A stretch of 64,000 nt of DNA from Octopus vulgaris (Eukaryota). Shown one piece after another: positions 53,164-64,000 of the stretch. Position numbers and translations under genes: made by a program. The number at the start of each line of letters is the position of its first letter. Within the stretch, counting starts at the first letter, position 1. Below the pieces are notes generated by a model. The model did no database searches, was not told the origin of the DNA, and saw only the letters and a program-made list of their open reading frames with translations. Where the stretch lies: contig OX597819.1 of the NCBI GenBank assembly GCA_951406725.2, positions 115,816,001 to 115,880,000 on the forward strand. Reading direction: 5' to 3'.

Positions 53164-54744
53164 GAATAAAAAAATATCATGCCTTATTTCTGAATTCTTA
53201 CAGAACTAATGGAAACAGACAACAAAGACTTAAAAGAAATGGTTACAAACTTGACAACTGGCATGTTTTACTTGAAAGTGAAAAGTAAATTTTATCGTTG
53301 TCACTGAAAGAAACTAGAGGAATCGCATAACTTTAGCTCTATCTCGAGACTATATTCATAACACTTCGACAAGTATTGATTTTTGGAAAGGAAAAAAAAA
53401 AAACTGAACACAAACCAACAAAGATTTCCTGTCGATATTCACTACAACACTGTATTGTTTCTTCTCTTTACACCTTTAAATCAGAAAATAGTTCTGAAGA
53501 AAGGAAAAGAAAAAAAATTCTGTAATATGAAAATCAGAAATATATAAAAAAAAAACAAAGAAAATGACGATGACGAACACAGTGATGATAATAATGATGA
53601 TAATGTTGATGATGATGATGATGGTTGTGGTGGTGTTAAGAGTGGTGATCATGAAGAGGATAATGATCATGATGATGAGGGGGAGGACGATGACGACGAT
53701 GATGATGATGATTATAAAGATGGCAATGATGAATAATTCTTTTTCAGAACATTGTACCTCGAAGTACATCATATAAAGCTACAAAAAATAGCAGGTAAAT
53801 ATTGGATTGAAAAAAAAAATCATTTTGCACAGAAACCATGGAAGGCTACCTGTGTAAACGTTCGAGAGAACGCGAAATCATTCTTTTTTGAAACACTGGA
53901 TTTCGATGCACATATATACATCTAGGGATATATGCACGCACACGCGCGGACACACACATGCACGCACACACTCACATATGTGTATGTGTGGTTGCCTAAA
54001 TTTAGAAATGAGTTTACAGGCTAGAAACATTCTCTTTTATGTGTAGTTTTCTATGTCTTTCCATTTCTTTTTCGCGTGTTTGGAATAGAAAATACAATTT
54101 CTCTGTGATATAACCAAAATTACAGCATGTATGCCTTTTTTCTTTCATTGGGGAATATCTTTAAGATGCAAACGGTATTCAGCAGTCTTTGAAGAGGGAA
54201 GTAAAAACTGATAGGCACCGTAGCCTTCAATCTTAAATATCTTATTTGTCATTGCATTCATCTTAATTTTAAATGGCTTCCGTGTCGTTAATATCTTAGA
54301 AAACGAAAAAAAACCTTATCGTTTTCGAGTAAGAATCAATCTACGGTATTTCTGAAATCTTCTGAACATGTATGAAAAAACCAAAGTGTCTTCATAAACA
54401 CAATAGATCAGCTTAGTTAAAATTTGTTTTCTAGATTTAACAACCAAACATTAATCATTTCACTTCTTAATCCCTCAAAGTAGGGAGGATGTATTTTTCA
54501 AAGTAGATACCGGTGTACAAAATAGACAGGAAATCTCTAGCAGTTCTTAGTTGGGGTATCAACGGAACACCGGTCTTCTCGATCAGAGCTGAATTGGGGA
54601 TAAACACTAATACTAAATACAGGGACACCCAAATTGTATTTATAATGCTGAACATCATAGATTGAAATTCCAGAATTGAAAATCCCTCAAGCCATTTTAA
54701 TTTCAATATATTTATGCTACTATTATAACTAAGCCTGAGGTCCC

Positions 54745-54920
54745 ACTGGCAGAATTATTTGAGCGCCAGACACAGTGATTTGCAGCAGTTTATCCAACAC
54801 GTTGTGAGTTCAAATTCCGCCCAGGTCAAGAACACCTTTAATCGTTTTGGAGTCGATGAAATAAGTACCAGTTGAGCATTTCCTTTTAAAACTGCTAGCG
54901 TTGTGCCAAAATTGGAAAGA
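54745..54920 (+). mobile_element. SINE family C, old diverged copy
   Basis: 'gagttcaaattccgcccaggtcaa..gagtcgatgaaataagtaccag'. Confidence 0.65.
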
Positions 54921-55647
54921 ATTATTTTAAATGATGCTTGCTTTTTACTTGATAAAGCAAAAAACTACTCAATTTCCATATAATGAATTACATATTACTC
55001 GAATTTGAGGTCTATATGGGAAAAGAACGTGGATTGGTAGAATCTGTATGGTGTGCAGCGAAAACCTCATATAGTTTTTGTGTTCGTATAGTAATGGAGG
55101 CAAATCCTAAAGAGGGCGATTTTGCTTCTAATTTTTCCTTATCTTTCTGGAAACGATGAAACCGATTACTTTATTGCAACCAATATATGAATGTATGCCC
55201 TTAGAACTCATTATATTTTTCTTATTTCATCAGTCTGTGTTGTACTACACGTCAGTACATCCATTTGGTTTCATTTGGACGGATTTGGGAAATGTATGCT
55301 AAATGATGAGAAATTGGTAGTCCCTACTGAAAGCTAGTACATTTTTTTGGAGTCAAGGCACATAGTGAGTACATCTTGTGTAGCATTGTTGATCCTTGGA
55401 GAGTAAGAGGAAAAGTGAGAGTGAGTGAGTGAGAGAGAGAGAGAGAGAGAGAGAGTAAGAGAGAAGAATGAGATCTAGTGTTTGGCGGGTACTTTTATAA
55501 ACTCCGAAAGCATAAAAAAACAAAATCAGCTTCAGCAGGATTTGAACTCAGAAACTGAATAACTGAAACATCGAGCACAAAGCATTTGTCAGAGTATTCT
55601 GTCAGTTGTTAGTCCGAGTATTAACTCCGGTTTCCAATGAAACTGTC

Positions 55648-55665
55648 TAGCGCCATCTATTGTCA
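55648..55665 (-). promoter_or_regulatory. CTCF-like motif
   Basis: Minus strand TGACAATAGATGGCGCTA matches the CTCF core (..AGATGGCGCT). Confidence 0.35.
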
Positions 55666-56114
55666 TTTCAATTCATTTTTGTGTTCCCGCATCTAAGTGC
55701 GAAATCAATATTCTTTTTAAAAACTGTTTTCTAGATTGATTCGTCAGTTTTGTATTCAACACTTTCTGCATCCTGTTTGAAGAATTTTAATGACGGATTA
55801 TTTTCTTATCTCTTGGTTCTATAATTTAAAATATTTTCATACTCTAGCATGGCCTTAAATGTGATGGTTAAAACAAACAAAAGATTAAAGAACTAATCGA
55901 TTAAAACGAATTTGCAGCTACTTTGAAACGGTGACATTGAAGCAGCGTGTGTATAGTTAGGTCAGTGTTTCTCAACATGGGCGATTCTACTGCTTCCTAG
56001 CATGGTGTTGATATTCTTTTCTACTCTAGGCACAAGGCCCGAAATATTTGGGGAGGAAGACAGGTGATTACAATAAGTAACTGGTACTTATTGTAGTTAT
56101 TGCTTCAAGTTATT

Positions 56115-56347
56115 GTTGACAAACAACAGCCGTAATTTTATTCAGCTGAATACACGTCATTGATTGGTTGAAATTACCGAAATACGACAACTTTAACAAA
56201 AAATAACTTCCAAAATACAGAATTTTCTCAACAACGCCAAGAGTAAAAGATGTTTTATGTGACACATTCTACCAGTATATGAAGTTTGAAAGTGTTTAGT
56301 TACATAAAATTATTTTTTAAATCTGTCGGTCAAAAGGTAAAGATCCG
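56115..56347. mobile_element. Solo arm of the fold-back family at 38885-39974, inserted in a SINE C remnant
   Basis: 'tgattggttgaaatta..cgacaactttaaca..gacattc..agtat..gaagtttgaaa.tgtttagtta' shared with 39800-39965. Confidence 0.75.
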
Positions 56348-57324
56348 AAGCTTGGTCGATCACATCGAACTCAATACTTGGCTGGTACTAATTGTATAGT
56401 TATTCAAACTCAGGACGCAAACAGTATGTAAAGAAACGCCGCTAAGTAGTTTTCCGACACGCTAATGACTCAACAAGCTCGTTGTTTTGTTGTCATTTCC
56501 ATGTACTTTTGTTAAATTCGAAGTTATCAGAAAAAAAAAGACTTCTATTTTCTAAGTGTCAATTCTTAAGTTTTGCTTTTAATTAATTTTTATCACTATT
56601 ATATGTAAACCACTATTAGAGAAGCATCCTTCATTTTATTTCATGCAACAATCAACCGAAGCTTGGAATGTCTTTTATTTTAATCCTACGTTAAGATAAA
56701 AGGGTTTTATACAAATATCGCTATTATAGTTAGGTTCATAAAAAAGAAGTGAAAGCAGGAAAGTGTCATCGATATTCAAGTAAATATTTAAAATAGAGAA
56801 GTATTCCATCCATTAATAGTGAGATGTTACCAATATATTTATTATGAGAAAAAAAAAGAAGAAAAATGAAAAGGAAAATTCACAAATGAAGGACTAAAGC
56901 TATCAAGAATGATTGATCATTTACAAACAAACCATCCAACTTTCAGTGTTTGTAAAATAAATTTTGAAATCGATCTACAATTAATGAGTTGATTGAAAAC
57001 AAAAGAACCTAGCAGGGAGAGATAGTTAGATAAAAAGAAAGAGAAAGAAAGAGAGAAAGACAGAGAAGGAAAAAGTAACGGGGAGAAAGAGGTGGCAGGA
57101 AAGGAGGGGAATTAGTAAATTTCAAATTAATGGTGAAATGTAGAAAACATCTACACTTGGTGTTACTCGTCTTACGAGCTGTAATGAAGTTATTAATAAG
57201 TATGAAAGGCTCTGATCAAAGCAATATAATATCGCTAATTCCTCTTAGAGATACTTCAGAATCAAGAAGAATCAACAAAATGGCAAATGCCACTAAAATC
57301 ACAAGAAGTGATAGAAAACCACAT

Positions 57325-57715
57325 GGTAAGTAGCTTGCTTGCTAACCACATTGTTCCGGGTTCAGTCCCACTGCGTGGCACCTTGGGCAAGTGTCTTCTA
57401 CCATAGCCTCGGGCCGACCAAAGCCTTGTGAGTGGATTTGGTAGACGAAAACTGAAAGAAGCCCGTCGTATATGTGTATATATATGTATCTATATATGTG
57501 TTTGTGTGTCTGTGTTTGTCCTCCCAACATCGCTTGACAACCCATGCTGGTGTGTTTACGTCTCCGCAACTTAGCGGTTCGGCAAAAGAGACAGATAGAA
57601 TAAGTACTAGGCTTACAAAGATTAAGTCCTGGGGTCGATTTGCTCGACTAAAGGCGGTGCTCCAGCATGGCCGCAGTCAAATGACTGAAAGTAAAAGAGT
57701 AAAAGAGTAAAAGAG
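57325..57715 (+). mobile_element. SINE family A inside the hAT transposase remnant
   Basis: Near full-length family A copy. Confidence 0.92.
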
Positions 57716-58385
57716 AGAGTATATTTCCGTATCACAATGAATGATCGCTGTTGTCCTTCGGGCATAATCCAAATAGTAATCAAACAATTATAGATGAGTT
57801 CCTATTTGTTGTACAGTTGTAAACGTACATAAAAATGTTCTACAATTTCTAACGTATTTGAGCACTTTTTAATGATAAACATACTCATCTTACAAATGCC
57901 GTTGTATTACAACTGAAGATGTAGCTTCCATGAGTAGTTGCCACATGGATTTGACGCACATTTAAAAGAATCAGTTTCAACTATGAGACTCACTGTATTA
58001 GCTGCAAAACATCTCAGCAATCGACTGCATAAAACTTTGCGCAATGTTTTTTAAGTAGTGAATAAGATAAAAGCTCGCCTGTTGAATAATCGTATACATT
58101 TTTTTTAAAAAAAAAGAAACTTTACCATGAAAATCAGCAAGAAGTTGTGTCTTTTACTACATAAATGGAGTTTGAGGTATTTCTAAAGGAAACTAGTTGC
58201 AACACTTTTATGATCAAAACAATGCTATTTTACATGTTTCAAAGTTGTACGATAAGAAGATGTGTGATGAGCTGAAAAAGCCAAGGATTCACTTCGCTTA
58301 TCTTTCTGACATCTGCAACAAATGAAATGAGGTAACCACAAAATTACAAGAAAAATAAGTGAACCTTATAAAAGCAAAAGAATTG

Positions 58386-58421
<36 letters not shown>

Positions 58422-59352
58422 TTATCAGTAGAATTACATGTGACATTAATGGCGATGTAAGACGAAATTTTCAGCGGCTTCCGAATATACAAATAATAAA
58501 AAAATAATGCCAGTAAATGGATGTTAGATACAAATCTGGAGAATTATTCTCATCTACAGGAACTGAAAGACGATAACATGATGAGCAAGTATAAAAATCT
58601 TTGATGAATTGAAAATACCACTGCTTGACATAAATCTGATATCTTATTACTGCACATTCTGCTCAAATAAACCTATTTGTAAAACTAGATTAAAACACTA
58701 GATTAAATAGACTTGCATTCATAAATACACTAAATAAATTAATAGACTTCCACCCATAGATACAAAGGAAGTATTATTTTCCCTTTATATTTGGCCTAGA
58801 ACTGTTTCAGATTCATGTATTTGATAATTAATAGATTATAAATGATTGTACAAGAAGATTTGAGCCATTGGCAAAAAACCAAAAAACCAAAAAAACAGAA
58901 ACAAAAAAGCATACAAACAAACAAGAAGCTACAAAAAACAATGAACTAAATATCGGAAGCCTATATTATATTAGGCACCGGATAACTATTTAAATATAAA
59001 AGTACATTAAATGCGTAGTATATATGTTTTTGATTTTCAGTAAGGAGTTCGGCTTATCTTCGTTACTTAAAAAGAAACTTGGATGAAAGTAACTAATTTT
59101 TGCGTACACATACGCAGATAACAGTAAGGCTTTGACTTGCATAATATTTCATTGCATTTCTATAATTATTGAGTGATGAAATGCAATGAAATTTATTAGG
59201 GAACCTTTTTCACATATATTTGAAAGGGGACATGAAGCAAACAAGGTTAAGAATCAATTTTAAATGAAGTTCGCAGGAAATAAGTCAGCAGCGAAAGACA
59301 TCAGGATTCTTCACAGTTGTCTCAATGCATTCTCTTCCTTAAACTTAAAATC

Positions 59353-59387
<35 letters not shown>

Positions 59388-59402
59388 CGACACTAATAAT
59401 AA

Positions 59403-59601
59403 TGGTTTCAAATTTTACCACAAGAGCAGCAATTTTCGGGGAGGGGGTGAGTCGATTACGTCGACTCCAGTGTTGAAACGGTACTTATTTTATCGACCGG
59501 TAAAGTCGACCTCAGCGGGATTTGAACTCAGAACGTATTAATGGGCGAAATACCGTTAGGTATTTCGTCCAGCATGCTAACGATTCAGCCATCACGCTGC
59601 C

Positions 59602-59604
<3 letters not shown>
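59403..59604 (-). mobile_element. SINE family C, short tail
   Basis: Reverse-complement core flanked by (AAC/AAT)n. Confidence 0.8.
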
Positions 59605-59653
<49 letters not shown>

Positions 59654-59654
59654 T

Positions 59655-60008
59655 AAATTATTTATTTTATTGGCCACAAGGGCTCACATAAAATTACACT
59701 AAAAGATATACAAGAACATAAAATAGAAAAAGCAGGATGATACAATGGGTTTTACAACATGTAAGCAATATAAATAACAATTAAAAATTAAACAATTTAA
59801 AACTCCCAATAGGGGAGGCACTTTAAGGACCTCGTGGAAAACCCCTCAAAAGCCACGGGTGGTTGAACAACAGAGCAACATCACTTCTTTTGTTTACAGG
59901 TGCACGCTCAGATTTGGTCCTTTCACACTGGCAATTCTTCCAAAATTCAACCATCTTTCAACAAACTTGCTACAAGGCAAAACGTCCCTCTCCACCCTCA
60001 AGGTGAAA
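59655..60008 (-). mobile_element. Tx1/L1-like LINE 3' end, 5'-truncated, within (AAT)n
   Basis: Minus strand RVERDVLPCSKFVERWLNFGRIASVKGPNLSVHL* then a UTR ending 'gagcccttgtggccaataaaataaata'. Confidence 0.65.
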
Positions 60009-60042
60009 AATAATAATTATAATAATAATAATAATAATAATT

Positions 60043-60593
60043 ACCCATGCAGTACCATACAGGAGATCTCATGGCTTCCGATCTTAACGGATTCGAAGTG
60101 CTATCATGTATATTGTTTTGTCTTGGTATAAAAGATGGGCTACAACAAATATTCTGTTCAATACCACAGATTTGCTTGTCAGCTTTTTGACCTTAACTAG
60201 TTGACCATGTCCCTTAGTGTCTGACGATGTGTGCAGCACTGATCACGAGCAGAATTAGTGGGGGAGCATCATAGTAATGTGTTCAGGGAAATTCTTTGGA
60301 GTTTGGATAATTCACCTCTGAAAACATGGTTGTTTCATTCAACATCCTTAAACAACCTTTATTCAGGGACATTTTTAGCGTGATGGGCTACTCGACCAGA
60401 AGAAAATTTTAAGTGGACCCCCACATGTAATGTTATGCGCTGTTTATCTTGAAATGAGATGGACATATTGCGTATATATGCCTGTGTGGTATGTGCCTGG
60501 TGTACCCTTATCAGACGGGTAGTCATGATGGGTATACTGGGCTTCATATATTTTACCCCAGTGTCACTTTGATGGCATGAACTGCTCTCTCAC

Positions 60594-60594
<1 letters not shown>
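60043..60594 (+). mobile_element. Family D repeat, near full length
   Basis: (AAT)n left, (ACT)n/(AAT)n right. Confidence 0.88.
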
Positions 60595-60681
<87 letters not shown>

Positions 60682-60693
60682 TAATAATAATAA

Positions 60694-60880
60694 TTCTTTT
60701 CATTATAGGCAAAAGGCTTGGAATTTTCGGGGGAAAAGGGGCTTGTTGATTACATGGATCCAGCTATCAAGTGCTACTTTATTTTATTGGCCTCGAAAAG
60801 AATTCAAAACGTAAAACCGGAAGAACTGCCGCTAAGCATTTTGTTCACCGTGATAACTGCTCCACTAGCTCGCTACCTTA
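60694..60880 (-). mobile_element. SINE family C, diverged, fused to the U6 copy
   Basis: Minus-strand head 'taaggtagcgagctagtggagcagttatcacgg..aaaatgcttagcggc'. Confidence 0.7.
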
Positions 60881-60981
60881 ATGGAACGCTTCACGTATTT
60901 ACATGTCACCATTGCGCAAGGGCCATGTTAAATTTCTCTGTATCATTCCAAATTTAAAACGTGCACTACCCAAGAATGTAC
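60881..60981 (-). pseudogene. U6: U6 snRNA pseudogene (full length, diverged)
   Basis: Minus strand GTACATTCTTGGGTAGTGCACGTTTTAAATTTGGAATGATACAGAGAAATTTAACATGGCCCTTGCGCAATGGTGACATGTAAATACGTGAAGCGTTCCAT aligns end to end with metazoan U6 (ACAGAGA box, ISL, 3' GTGAAGCGTTCCAT); (ATT)n lies upstream in place of PSE/TATA. Confidence 0.9.
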
Positions 60982-60982
60982 A

Positions 60983-61100
<118 letters not shown>

Positions 61101-61319
61101 TTGATAATAATAATAAAAATAAAACTACTACTGTTTCTACTACTACTACTACTACTACTACTGATAATGTTGATTATAACAACACCAACAACAACGAAGA
61201 GGACGACGACGATGACGATGATGATGATAATATTAATAATAATAATTGTCCTGATGCATAATAATAATTCTCCTGACAACAACGACAACGATAACAACAA
61301 TAACAGGAATAATAATAAT

Positions 61320-62050
61320 AGAGCTAATTGCACCAAATTCCAAATAGATCGGAGCAGCGAATCGCTCCCTTTGTAGGATATGTGGCAGCAGCATACTAAG
61401 CGATCTCGCATATTATGAGTGAGTGTAGCAAGCTGGCCGAAAAAACACTACAAAAGGAGGCACAATAACGTGGCTGAGTTCGTTCACTGTACGGCCTCGA
61501 CAGCACGGAAACGGTCCGAATATGAACCAGAAAAAGCTACCGAGAACAAGGAAGATAAGATGCTGTGAGATCTTAGAATCCAATGTGGCTCCCTAAACGA
61601 TGCTCAAAGACCAGACATTGGTGTGGTAGATGAAGGAAAAAAGGAAATCAAGATTATAGATATTGCAATACTTGGGGATACACGCATAAGTGACAAAGAA
61701 CTCGAAAAGATGGGAAAGTACAAACTATTAAGACATCAATGCAAGAATGCGGACTATGAGTAGAGTGTCTATCATCTTAGTAGTTGTAGGGGAACTCGGT
61801 ACACTAACAAACATGCTAAAGAAATATGTCAGAGAAATCGCAATTGACATGAGAGCAGAGGAAGCCTTTAAAAACTGTTCTGAAAGGGACAACTAGGATT
61901 TTGAAATTGGTACATGGGTGTCGAAAGTCTTGTACTATAATTAACAACCAATTATCAAAGCTATAATGTACGGAATGGGACTCTGAGAGACCCTTAACAA
62001 CAGGCTGCTGTCCGCTCTCACAGAATCAACCAGAGCAAACATGACCGAGC
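61320..62050 (+). mobile_element. R4/Dong-like LINE 3' part (zinc knuckle, RLE, 3' UTR) after (AAT)n
   Basis: CRICGSS..ISHIMSECSKLA..HYKRRHNNVAEFVH..RPDIGVVDEGKKEIKIIDIAILGDTRISDKELEKMGKYKLL. Confidence 0.85.
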
Positions 62051-62054
62051 GTTC

Positions 62055-62290
62055 AGTAACTTATATTTCTTGTTCTCGGTGGCTTCTTCTGGTTCATGTT
62101 CGTAACATTTCCGTGGTCTATCGAGGCCGTATATTGAACAAACTTAGCCACGCTATCATGCCTCCTTTTGTAGTGTTTTTGGGTCAGCTTGCTACACCCA
62201 CTTACAATATTCGAGATTGTTTTGTTTTTGTAAGCACTGCCAAATCGACACACTTGCTAACTGGTATGAATGCCACCCTTAGTCTGTGAT
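62055..62290 (-). mobile_element. Second R4/Dong-like zinc-knuckle fragment, inverted
   Basis: CRFGSAYKNKTISNIVSGCSKLTQKHYKRRHDSVAKFV. Confidence 0.8.
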
Positions 62291-63175
62291 TGATAATGTG
62301 TTGTTGTTAATGGTTATTGCTGGGTGAAGTTTGTGTCAATTTGTTGTATTTGCTGTCGTTTTTGTTGTAGACGAAGATTTTTTGATGGGTTCGGGATGTT
62401 GTCTGTTGCGATGTTGATGCTGGTTGTGGAGGTCAGCTTGGTAGTGCTGCTGATTGTGATGGTGGTGTTGCTGATGGTGGCGGTGCTGGTGGTGGTGATG
62501 GTGAATCAGAGTGTGTTGTGGAGAATGGTGTTGGTGTTGTGTGTCTTATATTTCTGATGTGTTTCTAACTTACCTATTTTATGGGCGAATTGTCTACTTT
62601 TTTCTTGTTTTTCTTTTTTATTCATTCTGCGCGAGTTGCCGAGACTCGACCCGGTCGCTTTAACCATCAGAAATACAGAGAAACAGAGCTTGGCCTGTTA
62701 GAAACATAACCAACGCCGTTAATTTTGCCAAAATCCACGATGTAAAATAAAATCTAAACAACAATCAAAATGTACAAAGGAAATTTAATTCTTAAGATAA
62801 AATTCTTCAAATAATTTTTTCTTTTCGCAATTTCTTCCTTTTCTTCCCCTCACTGCTACATACCATGTCTCTGGTTGTGCTAAGTCGGGGAGGGCCACGT
62901 CCTCTATTTGTGGGGTTGCTATGCATGTTGGTGTTGATAGATGGTGATACACGTCTTGCTACTGTTACTGCTGTTGCTGTTGTAGATTTTGGTAGCGGTT
63001 TTAATGGTAATGTGACCGTTGATGGTGCCAGTGTGGGTTGTGGCGTAGGTAGGAGAGCTGGGTACCGAATGTGTTTGATGGTCTGGTGAGGGCAGAAAGA
63101 CTTTAGGTGCTCTTTTGCCACACATGTGGGAAAAGTTGGCCTTCTACCCTCTACGATCACGGGGAGGTGGGTGCC

Positions 63176-63341
63176 AAAAGGATGGTCAAAGTCAACTTCG
63201 GAGGAATTTGAACTTAGAACACGAAGACAGACAAAATGCCGCTATTTAACATTTTGTTAAATAGCGGCATTTATAAACATTTTGTTTATGAATAATAAAC
63301 ATTTTGTTTCGCGTCCTAAAGATTCCGACAGTTCGTCACCT
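63176..63341 (-). mobile_element. SINE family C fragment carrying a fold-back insertion
   Basis: Core 'ggatggtcaaagtcaac..ggaatttgaactt'; perfect 18-bp hairpin at 63234-63272. Confidence 0.7.
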
Positions 63342-63401
<60 letters not shown>

Positions 63402-63687
63402 TGCTGCTGCTGCAGCCACCGCCGCCACCACCCCACCGACACCACCACTACTGTTACTATTACTACTGCTGCTGTAGTAGTAAAACCTGAAATTTTTTGA
63501 TAAGGGCTTGTCAATTACGTCGACCCCAGTACTTGATTGGTAGTTTGATTTATCGAACTCCTCCCCTATTCCGAAGATGAAAGGTAAACTCGACATCTTC
63601 GAAATTTGAAATCAGGGTTTAAAGACGGACGGAATGCACTAACTATTCTGCGAGCCAACCACCTTCATGACAATAATAATAATGATA

Positions 63688-63751
<64 letters not shown>

Positions 63752-64000
63752 TAATAATGATAATGATAATGATAATGATGGTGACGATGACGATGAGAAG
63801 GCTGAATGCAAAATAGTTTGGTAAAAGTATTGACTTAGAGAACTAATCCCACACTCATACATAAATGTAGTTAGGTACATACATATACACAAACTAGTGC
63901 ACAGGTACATATACAATATATGTATATGTGTTTGTAAGAATATATATATATATATATATATATAGATATATGTATGTATGTGTGTATATATATATGTATA

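Larger units (their letters stand above)
55963..59260 (+). mobile_element. Decayed hAT (Buster/Charlie-like) transposon with nested insertions
   Basis: Left TIR-like CAGTGTTTCTCAAC at 55963; transposase remnants NEGLKLSRMIDHLQTNHP (~56885), IPLRDTSESRRINKMAN (~57240), THC..LAAKHL..VVNKIKARLLNNR (~57990-58095); possible right end 'aaggttaagaatca' ~59245. Confidence 0.65.

Noticed and set aside
54467-54706. 79-aa hydrophobic ORF
   Set aside because: Non-ATG start, no recognised homology and no splice support.
60881-60981. Functional U6 gene
   Set aside because: Many substitutions (the AGC triad reads AAC), no upstream PSE/TATA and no oligo-T terminator; called a pseudogene.

Overview
AT-rich, extremely microsatellite- and retroposon-dense metazoan DNA. 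The SINE families and repeat landscape strongly suggest an octopus (coleoid cephalopod) intergenic or large-intron region; the species call is inference. No recognisable intact protein-coding gene is present: nearly all listed ORFs are translated microsatellites, SINE bodies or decayed transposon genes. Contents: three tRNA-headed SINE families (here called A, B and C; B and C have swappable tails); a fourth tRNA-headed element with a degenerate hammerhead-like tail; a head-less ~520-bp repeat (D) found only in (AAT)n/(ACT)n tracts; decayed non-LTR elements (R4/Dong-like RLE, HERO, Tx1/L1, Penelope-like); decayed DNA transposons (Tc1 DD34E, maT-like, DD41D-like, mariner, hAT-Buster, a non-autonomous Helitron, a fold-back element). 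The most notable observations are the (AAT)n-targeted insertion nests, a full-length U6 snRNA copy fused to the 5' end of a SINE, and hammerhead-like motifs in a Penelope-like inversion and in a Pol III SINE. Coordinates of decayed elements are approximate. Family assignments rest on motif recognition, not database searches.
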